Shown piece by piece: positions 1 through 13,500 of a stretch of 64,000 bases of DNA. Each line of letters opens with the position of its first letter. The first letter of the stretch is position 1. The DNA comes from Ruditapes philippinarum (taxonomy: Eukaryota), in contig NW_026856455.1 of assembly GCF_026571515.1 (NCBI RefSeq), positions 186,001 through 250,000 on the forward strand, written 5' to 3'. The notes beneath the pieces were generated by a model. That model searched no databases and was not told the origin of the DNA. It saw only the letters and a list, made by a program, of their open reading frames with translations. The position numbers were made by a program, and so were the translations under genes.

Positions 1-449
1 ATTACGTATTATTTACGTCATGCGCTGTGATGTTCTCTTTGGTCATGTTCAAAGAATTCGGAACTATGAGCACAGAAGACATTATTGGAGCAATCATAGG
101 CTTTATGGTTATATGTTGTGGAATATTTCTCTTAAATGCGTTTAAAAACATGGATGTTTCCCTGAGAAACCTTCCAAAAGCGCACAAGAGGACGACATCT
201 CACAGCTCACAAAATGGTGACGTCATGACATCTGTATCCCATGACGACCACCATCTTCTCGAGGACAACGAGAATCACAGCCATGACGAGGAAAATCCAC
301 TAGATGACCGTTCTATAGTGTTTGCTGATGATCCAAAACTGTACGATCATGAACCGAAAACTTACCAAGATGACATTAAATTGACAACAGATTCAAACAG
401 TAACATATCAAATAGTAATTTAAATACTAGTCTAGTTTTAGATGATTAA
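1..449 (+). CDS. NIPA2: Last coding exon of a NIPA-family magnesium transporter (NIPA2-like), 5' truncated by the window
   Basis: Frame reads (Y)YVLFTSCAVMFSLVMFKEFGTMSTEDIIGAIIGFMVICCGIFLLNAFKN, matching the NIPA2 C-terminal TM helices (YYVFFTT...ILFKEW...D.IG...GF..II.GIFLL.AFK), then an acidic tail and TAA at 447-449. Confidence 0.88.
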   Translation, partial: YVLFTSCAVMFSLVMFKEFGTMSTEDIIGAIIGFMVICCGIFLLNAFKNMDVSLRNLPKAHKRTTSHSSQNGDVMTSVSHDDHHLLEDNENHSHDEENPLDDRSIVFADDPKLYDHEPKTYQDDIKLTTDSNSNISNSNLNTSLVLDD

Positions 450-2829
450 GTCAAATTATAAACCTTTACTCATTCAAGGAAAACTATTTTATGTCTTTAA
501 TTCTATATTCCATATTTTATTATTATTGTTGTTGTTATTTTAAACTTTCATTGAGTTCCTTTTATAGAAATTTCTATTTATCACCTTTTTATGTTTTCTT
601 TATTTGATATATTTCTTTTAGGCATATACACAAGGGGGAGTAACTCAATGTTTTGTTAAAGGAGTGTACTAACATACAAATTGTATTCATATATTTACAC
701 CTCAAAGAAACAGAAAAAAGTAGTTACTGAATAGTTTTACAAGATTTTTTATTCGGAAATAGTATCATTTTGTTAATACTAATTATCTACAAGAATATGT
801 GCTACATCCACATTAATTTATATTACATCTGTCAACTTGAAAATTTGACGTATTATGTTATACATGTAAAAATGTTTTATGCCACTACCTTTTCTGAAAA
901 TGATTTTCCATCATGTAACAAATACGTTTCGTCATTTCCGTTCCGAAATATAGAAAGGGCAAGCTCATCTTGAAAGAATGTTAAACTTAGAAATTGAAAA
1001 CATGTTTTGTAAGTTACCACAGGTGTGCTTACCTTCATTGTTTATGAATTTTTTATAATGTATGCATAATATTAATGATCCATTATAATTCCAAAAGCGT
1101 CCAAATGATTAAACGCTTGTTTTCAGTCAATCCCTTTATATGATCATGATGCTCTAAAAATAGAATGTTGATATTATGCTGACATAATGTTGATATTTTT
1201 TATCGTTTGTCAATCGATCTCATTTTATTGAAAAGATTGCATTTATTTGTATATATTTATTGTAATGAATTCCAAAAGTTTATATTCACAAAAAGATTTC
1301 ATATATGTTTTATTTGTGATTGTATATTTATGTTTTCATAATATTGGAGTTACTGTATTCAAAGCATTGTTGGTAAATTATTTAGATCTATACTTTTCAA
1401 GAGTATTTTCTTTCTTTTGTAATAAAACATGAATTCCATACACGATATTGTCCATATAGCATTTTGTGCGGCAAAACATAGAACTTAATATTGCTTCATA
1501 GGCAAGCCAAACAACCTTCTGGCTTATTGTTTGAGCCATTTATGTGAAGATACAATATTTGATTACTTTATAGCATAATGCCTCATACATTAGTTGCTTT
1601 CAAAGGGAAAATTTATTTATCTTCAATTGATTTTCCATGGAATTCAAGTCGTGAAATCCTTTTAAGTAATCTCCCCCAAAATACTGAATGTTAAATATTT
1701 TCAGATAAGTTTCTCTCCCATAAAATCATTTAATTTTACAATATTCCCATAAATATTGTATTATTCATAGTAGTCATTTGAAATGTGTGAATTAAATGTC
1801 GATTTAAAATAGTTGCTATGAATTCGTAACACGTTTTAGTGTACTTTGTACAGAATAAGACTTGAATTTAGTATCATTTTTATTCGTACATGTAATATTA
1901 AAACACTTATGATGTCACCAAACATAAGTTATTTTAAACTACCAACCATTTTTAATGTTCATTTGAAAACGCCTTTTTTACGTGGATTAGATTCATGCAA
2001 ATTAGTTCCAATGTGTCTTTTTCCATACAGCATTTACCCATGAATAAGATTAATGTAAATATATTCATAAATTAGCGGTATTGAACCAATCTGCTTTAGA
2101 ACCGTTATGTTTAGATGTTTTCTTGCTTTGAACTAAACCTTCATAATGTGTGCATTTGATTAAACCATTAGTTGTGTATATAATAATATATAATATAATG
2201 TATTGAACTGTTGTTATATGTTTTATATACACGTATTTTTGAAAAATTGATATACATGTATTTTTGACTCGTAGACTATCCAGTTAAGTACAATTACATG
2301 TACTTAGGCAGCTAAATTGAAACAAATTGTTCTGTCCAATTTTTAATTTAGCAAAAAGTTCTCAGTTTAATTATTTTAGTAACTACTAAATGAATTCTCA
2401 TACTAAATTAATTTGGAAAAGAATTATTCCACAGCTTTTTAATTTCTTGCCGACTTGTCTCTTAACATGAAGATTTCCAACATGCATTTGTATTTTTTTT
2501 ACACGTCAGCGAAAACAAAAAAAGACAACAACTCTCCTTAAAACTTACATTTAGCAGACTTTCTGTTACTATAAATGATGTGCAATGGTAATCCATATGA
2601 AGCGGTTTACTTATGACGTAATGCCAGGGAAAGTTAACTCTTGTTGACTATTAATTTCAGTGCTGTGCGCTGGTCAGAATATATTGTTGTGTTTATATGT
2701 ACAGTACATATTTATCAGTAGTCATTTTATGTAATAATAGTATTATTTTTTTCATTTACAAGTGTAACCAATGTATTGTAAGTTTATTCTATAGTGACGT
2801 CATATGCTTTCTATGACCCTCCATGACCC

Positions 2830-3040
2830 TTAAAGTTGACGGCTTTTAACCACTTGTCCATCTCCGGCTAGAGATTGAGTCCCTTAATTGACTCTAGATT
2901 CCTACACCCAGCTAGCTTTCTGAGACCAGAGGTTATACTCACGAACCCGTTCGTCCCTAAAATAATGCACAAAGGGGCACCCGAAATTGTCATACCCTTG
3001 CAAAGCTAGAGAGTCATCAAACGAATTTATCAGAGCCATG
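2830..3040 (+). mobile_element. Degenerate SINE remnant (bivalve SINE-like)
   Basis: GC-richer island; ccagctagcttt...ggttatactcacgaacccgttc is the reverse-complement homologue of 10830-10883; family assignment from recall only. Confidence 0.4.
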
Positions 3041-4485
3041 TGACTCGAATCAGAACCAAATAATCTTATTTGAAAATTAACTATCCTACAAATTTAAAGA
3101 TAAATATTTAAAATGCACCGAAAATGATAAATGATCCACACTAGTTAAACATATTACTTATTTTTTCAAACATTTTAAAAACAATATTTCATTTAGTATC
3201 TAATCAATATGTAACTAATTAACAACATCCCCCATGATTATCTATACGAAAATAACCTTCAGTCATTCTATAAATAGATATTCACCGAAAAGCATTCTTG
3301 AACTAACACTAAACCTTTGAAAACCATTGTAAAATCAATATTCACCTAAAAGCATTTTTTCAATCAACATTTATATAAAACCATTCCCATAACAACTTCA
3401 ATCTAAATCATTGTAAAATCAGTATTTCATCACATATATCATTGTTAATTCAGCATTCCACTAGCTTATTACAATCCTAAAATCGACATTCCAGCTAAAT
3501 CATAACCTAAAGTAACAATCCATAAGAAACCATTGTCTCAAATCATGATAAATCCAAATATATCACACCGTTAATATATCTAACACTTCAAAAATATGAA
3601 AGAATAGTTTTCCTACATGTGCTGTATGTTAATTCCAATTTATTAATCACATATTAAAGATTGTCAGGGTGGCATTTTGATTCTGTTTAGTCCATATTTA
3701 TACATATCTATGTATTTAGTTGAAAAAGAAAGTGTGCAGTTAGTTATTTTAAAAATCTGTTTACATACAAAAGCAAAGTAGTGGCAAATTTGGTTTTAAA
3801 TTTGCAGAAATGTATTGATAATACAATGGTTTAATTTGTACTGAAATTTGATAGTCAGATAATTATTTAGTTTCGTGAAAAAAGCGGAAGGGTAAAAAGT
3901 CAAAGTTGCAGAATTGCAGTATCTGTTTTGCTAATCTTAGCTATGAATCAACGAAAATGTTTGGGACTGTATGGTACAGACACAACGCCATATGGACTTG
4001 GGTTTGAATTGTGTTCCAGGCAAAAATACAAGTATCCAAATGCACAATACTGCTTTTAAAAAAGGCACTATTCTGCAACTTTTACTTTTTTATCCCTCAG
4101 CTGTTAACACGTACTATTCGGAGAGAAAGAAAAAATCAAATTTCAATAAAATTTAATCCATCGTGTAGTCAATACATTTCTGCTAATTTTGATGCCAAAT
4201 AATGCCAATACTTTGCTTAAATTAGTATAAAGAGTGTCCCAGTAACCAAGGGCACACTTTCTTTTCCAACTGAGTATATTTTATCTATCATCATGTCATG
4301 AAATCTTTTATGTTAAATATATGAATGTTTTAATGTGTTTTCGTGTAAATGTACTATTTGTATTTAGATAGTTTTTTGTCTGATTTTATTTCACATGTTT
4401 TTATTAACTTTTTGTAGGAAAATGGAGTTTTTATTTTGACAGGCAAATAAAGTGATTTTTATACTAAATGATTTTGTTTTATTGT

Positions 4486-4527
4486 TAGACGCCGCTTGCA
4501 AGCGGCGTCTAGTTGCAAGCGGCGTCA
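4486..4527. repeat. Perfect 26-bp spacerless palindrome plus a partial direct repeat
   Basis: tagacgccgcttg|caagcggcgtcta (4486-4511) followed by ttgcaagcggcgtc. Confidence 0.85.
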
Positions 4528-5630
4528 AGTAGATATGCATTTGTCCATACAGCAATTGGGAAACTTTTAGACTTGATTTTGTGTTTTTTTTTTGTTTCAA
4601 CAAAATCACAATGTTTTTAAATTTTCTAATAAAAATAGCTTTTATGATGTACAACATGTCACAGAGCTTTAAGGGATAGAATACACATTTAACTGAAGTG
4701 ATAGTGCCATGTTTGAATATTATATTCTTTTTATCATTATCCAATTTTATCTACATAATAAATAACGTGCAAATGAGCCAGTCTATAGTCGACCGTTCTA
4801 AAACTTAACCGTTGAGAGAGGTGACAACTGAGGCAGTGTCACTTACTTCATTTGCTTCGCCTCTGTTGAAGTTCGGCTCCGCCTTAAATTGTCCATATTA
4901 AATTTGATATTATGCTCCATATGCTAGCATTTAGTCTTCGTTGACGGGGTAGAAGGGGACCATGACAACTGTGATCAATATCACTTGTCGAATTATTAAA
5001 TTACAAGTTACAAAGCCTAAACCACGCCCACTATCAGAGAGGCGGTTCTCTGGTTCTCACTCAACCGTTAAGAAAGTACAACAAACCGGTTAGGCTACGG
5101 CCTGTAAGGGGAGATCACTGCAGAACAGTTTGTACTCGAAATCATTCGAACATTATGCAATTCATACCAACATTTAAATGGGTATATTCTCGGCACATAT
5201 TGTCTTGAATTTATTTCAAGTATACCAATCATTTCAATTTTATTTGTTAGCCAATTTATTTTGATTCGACCAGACGTTTAAGTCTTTGTCGCAACAGACA
5301 AACATTTAAGAATTTCAGACCTGGCATTATTTTGTGAATTTAGGATAAGGTTCTCCTTTTGCACAAAAATATGCAACTTTATTATTAAACAACGAGCACA
5401 TACCAAGAACATGGAGAAAAAATTGATTTGTGCTTCGGATATTCAACTGTAATAGAGAACGTTTTTCAATGCTGATTGACTGTTCACATCATTTGGCGGC
5501 GTCTTTGATGTGCAGCATCAACATTTAACTTGTTCTTCTCTGTGAAATTGTCAATATATATTTGTTGGTTACCAGGTTTTATTTATTTATGCGAAGACTG
5601 GTTATTTTGCAAGTGCGGTTTCAGAGATGC

Positions 5631-6113
5631 TACTAGATGGTTATTCGTAATTCCCAATAATTTACAGATGGTGGTTGGTAATTCAATACACTATCACCAG
5701 CATGAAATATTAGAAAATATCTTACATTTTTCAAACACAGAATAAAGGAGGGTATCTGGCCGGTTATTCGTATGTAACCCCCAGCTACCAACCAGAGGGT
5801 AGTTGTTTACTCGAACTTTGCATGCCCCCCCCCCCCCCCGGATATATGACAAGATAGTTGAACTCTACAAGGAAGCACACCGGTCTCCCTATGACCACTT
5901 TACTAGAGCAAATGTAACGGATATATAATAAGATAGGTGTTTTCTTCAGCATAGCAACATCCCCTCCCTCATACATCCATCAGAAGACTCAGTTGGTTTT
6001 TCGCGCGAATCCCAAAATCTTTTCATGCTGGTGATAGCGGACTGAAATACCAACTACCAGCCGTTGAATACAATGTATTTGGGAATTACGAATAACCAAT
6101 TACCACCTAGTAT
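5631..6113. mobile_element. MITE/foldback-like element with terminal inverted repeats
   Basis: tggttattcgtaattccca (5638-5656) inverted at 6080-6098; internal ggttattcg and taccaactacca submotifs; no ORF. Confidence 0.5.
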
Positions 6114-7027
6114 GGAGTTAGTTAGTTATTCGAATATCCAACTACCAACTGCCTACTAAATTAACGCTCATCTAGAAATGATAGATTCATAAAATTATAC
6201 CCAACTTCTCCCCCCCCCCCCGAAAATTGTTGCTTTTTGGTTATAGTAATTGAATTAATTTATCTTGTCATTTTTCTAGCAGTGTTTATTCTAAGTAACA
6301 CGTGACATTTAATTCTATTATGAAATACAGTAGCGCCGGTCTATATTTACTCTCTGGAAAATAATTATTCCTAAAAAAGATGTGTCCTTTGTGTCGGTTT
6401 CTCGGAAAACCATATCTTGTTATCTTGTCGTGTATTGATTTAAAGTAAACGAAAAAGCTGGATTTTTTTCAACAGGTTTAATGTATAATATATTGTTTTG
6501 ATTCACATAATATATTTAAATGTCAACATTTTTATAAACGTCACAATCCGACAAAGCATATGCATGGCCTTTCAAGCAATATACACAAAAATCTATCATT
6601 TTTCCACTCCTTCATTGGCGTCAAATATAACGGTTTGTCATACTAATACACTCTGAAATAAATATATTTAAAAAATCAGAATATATTTTCACGAATACTT
6701 TACTGGAATATTACGTGTCACACAATCAATTGTTTATATTCATATGAAATTTTGCGACTTTTACTGCTAAATAAGATTATGTAATAACTTTAAACGAAAT
6801 AAGTCATATCAAAAACTCTAAAAAAAAACAAATCTGAATCCATACAGGTATTTGAGTTGCACTAGTTATACATTTGTATAAAGATAAAATGTCATCAGCT
6901 TCTATAAACCTACTAAATATAATACGGAGATAAAAGAAAACAACCCTTTAGTACATTGTTAATGTTCAGGCCAAAAGACCTGTGTATAGATGCACAAAAC
7001 TGAGTTTCCTTATTTGATTTGCCATAC

Positions 7028-7507
7028 CTAAGTTCTATTCACGTGCCAGCTTCTAGAGATTGTAGGAAACGAGTTGATAAGAGTTGGGAACGACTCCTTT
7101 AACTTGGTCGTCCTACTGAACGAAACTGGTATGGTCTGACCCCGATGCCATCGGTTAGGTTGAAGTCTCTGCCTGTGTATGGTCCTTACAGAAGATGCAC
7201 CCCCTATAGGCTGAATAACACGATGTACTTCCGTATTGGGTACTGCTGGGTAAATAATTCTGTTATTGTCCAGGAACGAGGAAGACGACCTTGACACTGA
7301 CCTCATGCCAGGATAAATGGCCGCCGTTTCACTTGACATGGGAGATTCGCCCGGAGTAATTACCGTTTGACGTGACACTGAAGAAGAGGATGAGGAGGTT
7401 TGTCCCGGATAGACGACCGTCTTTTCATAGACAGAGTTTTGTCCGGGGTACATTGCTAATGGTCGTGTGATTGATCGGTAGTTACTCATTATTCCAGTAC
7501 ATCTTTC
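7028..7507 (-). CDS. Terminal TEP exon encoding a 159-aa Ser/Arg-rich tail with YPG-type repeats
   Basis: Acceptor ttttgtag|GAA AGA TGT is phase 0, in frame with the phase-0 donor ATG|gttag of exon 8269-8378; open to TAG at 7028. Confidence 0.7.
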   Translation of the reverse strand, partial: ERCTGIMSNYRSITRPLAMYPGQNSVYEKTVVYPGQTSSSSSSVSRQTVITPGESPMSSETAAIYPGMRSVSRSSSSFLDNNRIIYPAVPNTEVHRVIQPIGGASSVRTIHRQRLQPNRWHRGQTIPVSFSRTTKLKESFPTLINSFPTISRSWHVNRT

Positions 7508-10500
7508 CTACAAAATAAGAATGATTGTAATGGGATAGTCACAAAATAAACTGTACTTGGTAGGCATAGGTTGATTAACAACATTAATCATTGACATAAT
7601 GCTTTTTCAAAGGTAATCATATGGTATCGGTCAATTGAAATAAAATACTAAGTATATGATTCTAAACTTATATGATAACATTAAGCCTGGCATTACAGGA
7701 ACATCCTAAAGCATAATTTAGTTTGTTATGATATTGTACTAGAACGCTATGAAAATAAATATGTCATTTGAGTAATCAGAATGTAATTCCCAGGATACGA
7801 ACCCACGATTCTTTGATAGAGAGGCAGATATTTGTATCAACTGCACACTATTAACCATAAGAAACCAGTTATACTTAAATTTTAAGATGTGTCAGCAATA
7901 TTTTAGGAAAAGCCATTTATGCTTTTGGATCATTATTGTATTTTGATATTTGTCTTTGTATTGATATACACGTAATTATGTTGAAGCAAAATGTCCGACA
8001 TAAAATATATTTAAATTAAGTAATATCACATTAAATATTCTCAGAATAAAGATTGGTTGTTTTATTCTCGGGAGAGTATGCACATTTAAGGCAGAGCAAT
8101 ACTCTAGGCGTCACTCCATTTATCTAATCTTGATCTTAATGTGTAAAACCACTCTGAAAAGTTAAAAAGAGGATTATTGCAAACTAATCTGCAGCTGGAT
8201 TACTATGTCCATGCAAGGATGAAAAAACTAGTGTTAAAGTAAAATTATTGTTCGAAGGGAAGACTAACCATTGGAACAGCCTCTGGATCAAAGCCACACC
8301 CGCATTCAATACCACAGAAATCACATATATAGTTCTTTTTCAGCACGTTAGGTAGATAGAATTTCATTGCACTTTTTTCTAAAAACAAAACGAACCAATA
8401 TCATTATAATCAAAACATTTTACGAGACTTTTAAGACATTTTTTATTATACAAAATATTTAAATTGCTTCAAAGCTTGTCATGACAGTATTTATTTGAAC
8501 AAACAATCTTTATTATTTCTGAATTTGAAATTAGGTTTGATATAAATGTCATTTAATCTATAATCATTTTTGTAAAGTCATTTTTAATTCATTCTTGTAA
8601 ATATTTCATCACGGCTTTATCAGTAAAAGTACAGGAGCAGGAGTGCCTTTGGCATTATTATATTTCAGATTTATCATCATGATTGACCCGGTGCAGTAGG
8701 AAAGTATTTAGCAATGCTTCCGTAAATTGTTGAAAAATTCCAATATTTGAGTAAAATTTACAATAATATTAAAAAATAATGCTTTCGAAGCCATAACATA
8801 TAGGTCTACGTCATGTTTACATTTAATAGCGTTAAATCACGTCTGAACTGACGGCAACACGGCAACGCCATCTGTTGGCTATGGTCAGTGATTTATGAGA
8901 AGCAAGTGATATAACCATACCTGTATTATAATATGAGTACACTCTAACACTAGCTGGTTGTACACGACCAACTGTTGTTTCTCTCACAACATCAATGGTT
9001 TGACATGCGATCTCCTCGTCCAACTGAATAATATAGTCAACAAAATACAGATTAGATTTGTTTTCCATAAACTGTTTTGTAACTTCATTTTATGAACGTG
9101 CATGAGAGCAACCTTCTATTTCTACTTTTCTACTTAAAATATTTGACAAAAAGCGTCCCCAAAACAAAAAAAACCCTAAAACAAAAAAACAAACGAGGTT
9201 TTGATTTGTAAGTCCTGTTAAACGATGTTTAACTTTTCAAATATATTTTACTCCTTATCTCTTATCTAAAGCCTGAACTTAAAAATGAAAACGTGGTAAT
9301 GCTTGATTCTTTCTCAGACTTTTTTAAATAGTTAAAATTGATAAATAAATCATTACAGTGTATTTTTATAACTTAAAAAGATAAAGCCGATGTAAAAAAA
9401 ACAGAAACAATTATACGTGATTTATTTTGATAAACTGGTATAATGTTTGCAACAGTAATAAAAACTCAGACAAAAGATAAAATATAAAACCTACATAATC
9501 ATAGTAGAGTATAAGACGTCCATGTTCCAGTTCCTGTCTGGAGAAATACGCGTTATTTTTCTTTTCTCTTAACCAGAACTCCTCAGATGGTTGTATTGGC
9601 TTATAACCGGAAGGAAAACCAATGTCCAGTAGCACCATACCACTATCCTCGCTATCCAACCACCTAAAGGGTCAATCAAAAATAAAGCAAATGCCAGAAT
9701 CACAATGCCATAGTAAATGTTGAATAGGTATACCTAGAGCAGCATAGTAACATTAAAAGGCAGGCAAACCGTCACATCTTATTGGTGGTGGCGGTAGTTT
9801 TCACTACGGATCACGACAGTAAGCCACATTGAATTACCAGAGCACAATTCAACCACCGCATTGTTCCTGGACAGGCTGATTCCAGGAACAATGCGGTGGT
9901 TTTCCAGCACTAGTTGCCTTCACTTTCGCAAGGAACTGAGACTTCTGTACATACCAGAGCAGAGGTACAATGCGAATGACCAATGACCATTCACATCTTA
10001 TTACTGCTGATGTATCCATTTATTCTAATTTCATACTGCAATACCATAAACTATTTATAGAATTCTCCGAATTCTAACCTCACTATTCGATAACGTTATC
10101 AAGTAAAGGCTAAGCAATATAGTTACGCAATTTTAAAAGAGTTTGAAAACTTGATAAAAGGGTAATGTAAAATGATTAAACTATTTCAAGCCGAAATTTA
10201 AACGAAAATCGCTGCGTTTATGAGCAAGGTATAAATAAACGATCAAGGAAACAAGATCAAATCACAAGCCTAAAATAGTTTCAAAAAAGGTTTTGTCTGA
10301 CAAAAAAACATGAGAAAGAAAGTTACCGTGTGCAAACTTTCAAAGTAAATCTGTCCACTTCTGTACCATTGGTTGTCACCATCAGGTCAAAGCTTGGATT
10401 TCGTTCTTCTTCCAGAATGTTATAAAATGTGCTCACCTGCAACACGCATTTAAAGATCTTGACGAATTGATGTCGTTTTGCTGTTATGTTAAACACTTTC

Positions 10501-13500
10501 ATTTAATACAGTACTGAAGAAAATGAAAACAAAAATCAAGCGAAAATGAAGATGATCCCTTGGGATAAAGCATAATGTTTAAAACGCCTTTTGTGTAATT
10601 TATCTCTTTCATCATTTACAGATCAGTTCTAGTCAAATATTTTGTGTTGCTTTCCAAGATGATATTTATTCTTTTGCGAATGCTATTCCTCCTAGCAAGT
10701 CTTGACTAAATAGTTAAGGTCCTTAAATAATGGAGGGAAATTTAATCTTCATTGACCCAAGAAAGAATTTCGTTTAAGTTTTACATCGCACCAACGCAGT
10801 TAATGTCACATGGCGACTTTTATGTTTCAGACATGAACGGGCACCTGAGTAGAACCACCGAAGTTCCGTAAGCTAGCTGGATAAGAAATTTTGCAATGAA
10901 AATTTGAATAAAATAAATAGGCTGATAATAACATTTAGGCAAAGCACATACCGGGATAAAAAGAAAACAAAAAACATGGTAACGTTGTGTTTGTAACTTT
11001 AACTTAATTTTAAATAAAAGTTACCTCCACTAATCCAGTTCCTCTGCCGGTTGCTGAAATACGAAGGGTTCTGCTTTCCTCTGGTACCTGACAGAAAATA
11101 GAAAATCGTTATAATAAGAGGAAAAGATTGAATATACCCATTATTTATTTCTCAATAAATCTTATACTTAAAAAATGCATAAAAGACTATTCCATAAAAT
11201 ATATAAGTAGAAGATCTGATATGAAACACTATGTTGAATTGAACAAGTTGTTTGGATTTTAATTTCCATTTGATGTATCTAAATTCACTTCAATCGCATA
11301 GCAATACCATAGGGGAGGCAAAGATTTTGGTTGTTTGCTCCACAGAGGGCTGTTCTGCAGAGGTTACACTGTAGGTACATTAAATATTTACATCAATAAA
11401 TTGAAGAACGTCCATGTTTTCTGGGTTTATTGTGACATTCTTTGGAGATTCCGATCCGTAGTCAACACTGACTGTCATACTGACGTCAGAAGTGTACATT
11501 TGTGACGCAATATTCGATAACGCTTGTAAAGCAACTACTGTGTCCTGAAAAAAGAGAAAAATGATATGTCTGTAATTTCAGACGCATTCTGCAAATAATG
11601 CATTGTTTCAGGAAACTCCCATATCATCCATTAAAGATCGTGAAATAAAAAATTCTCAAAAGAAATCCACATTACACACGAGCATTCAAAAATATTAACG
11701 CCAAATTCAGCCAATGGAATTATGTGGATTTTGAAATAATCGTATTAAATTTGATATTCAAGATACTAAGGTTGTCGAGATCTGTCTAGGAATGAGAAAA
11801 ATATCTGAATAAGGGTTGTAATATAAAATACTGCAACACTCAGATTCTTTGAGAGTAAAAGTAACGTACAAGAAAGCAACAGATAAACATAGCAAAAGTT
11901 TTAAAACATGCTAATGCTATTAGAAAGAATTGTTCATGTGCGGTAAAACGAGAAAAAAGACATACGCCTACCGATTTTATATATCTCTACCTTGAGTGGT
12001 ACTGGTATCAATTAAAATGTTATATTCTTAACTTCTAATGACATACCTGTGTCGAGATGAAGCCTCCATAGGGACTTCTTTGTTGTACAAGCCATTTGAG
12101 AACAGGTAGGGCACCGTTTATATTGTTTTGTTTCGCGTAGGCAAGTAGTGCATATCCAGCTGTTTCAATTTCAATACTTCTGACTTCATTCTTCCAGCGC
12201 TTTGTTCCATCTGCAGACAGAGAAAAGTTGACACTAGCTAGCATAAATCTTTTTTAAATAACTTTAGATATAGTTCCACATCACAGGATCATTGACAAGA
12301 AAGTAATTTTAGCAAATTGCTAGAAGGTGGCATGATAATAAGTATTATCTGACATAACGCTTTTCTATTGCTTTTCGCACGAAACGTCATAAAAGAAACA
12401 AAAGACAATATACCTGATTCCACCATTCTGCTGCTCCGGTCTAATCTGGTCAGGAGGTCAGTAGTGTCTGCAGGGTCAGACTGTGCACTGGCATATGCTG
12501 TTATAGCAATCTCATAATCCCCTGTTAGTCTACTCCGTCCTTGCTGAATAAATCCCGTGGCCGACAAAATTGACTTCTTTAACAAGTCTATTTCTGTGAC
12601 GTTTCTCTGAAATTACATCATTTATACGTATGATTTCTTCTTTAATTACATGTTTTGATTTCATGACAAATATATTCCTACTCTTCATAGCACACAGTGA
12701 CAATTTATTACTAGTCAATACATATCGCTTGGAAGCTTTTTTGCATACCATCAACAAGGGTCTTTAATAGAATAGTCTATTTGTATTTGAAAGACCCTGC
12801 ATTAACACATAAAAATATGAAAGAAAACATTAAAAGCCTGCGAGTTTTTAAAAATATATCATATCACTGGGCGATTCCTTGTTTGTGTGTATGTGTTTTT
12901 TTCCGCATTCAACACACAACAAACGAATTTCGTAGATCAAATATTGCAAAAGTGATACGAATAGAATCTATGATACGTACGACGTAAAACGTTAAAGGTT
13001 ATAAAAAATGAAAATATTGCATGCAACGCAAGGATTCAAATAGCGGTAGTGTGCATTTTTAAAATTGATAACTTAGGCTTACCATGATATTTTTACTTTG
13101 GACTTCGTTCATGGCTATCAATACATATGCTGCCAGAGACCTGCTGCTTGATACTGACCCGCCCTAGAAAGAAATAAAATCTAACATTGAATGAAAATGA
13201 AGTAAATGAAGAGAGAAGAAAAGATCAACATTCTGACCGGTAAGAATTTCGCATTTCCATATACATTTGTTTAAAGCTTAGTGCGCCTTAACGTCTTTAA
13301 TTGTCCAAAACGAACCAAACCGTTTTAAGGAAACATTTTATGCTGAAGAAAATGTTTGTAAAAAGAAAGATACCCACCTGCATTGCCTTATTATGAACAA
13401 AACCCGTCGAGTTAAAACTGCCATCTGTTTTCTGATGCTCTAAGATAAACCTGACCCCTTTCTCAATAACTGCTGGATCAATGTATGTAAACTCACTAGC

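Noticed and set aside
3240-3580. Degenerate ~30-bp periodic sequence (similar weak periodicity at 44330-44520)
   Set aside because: Too decayed to define a unit by eye.
770-6000. Short ORFs in the NIPA2-TEP interval and similar 60-140-aa intronic ORFs elsewhere
   Set aside because: Low-complexity F/I/L/K/Y-rich translations expected from AT-rich non-coding DNA, or antisense shadows of real exons.
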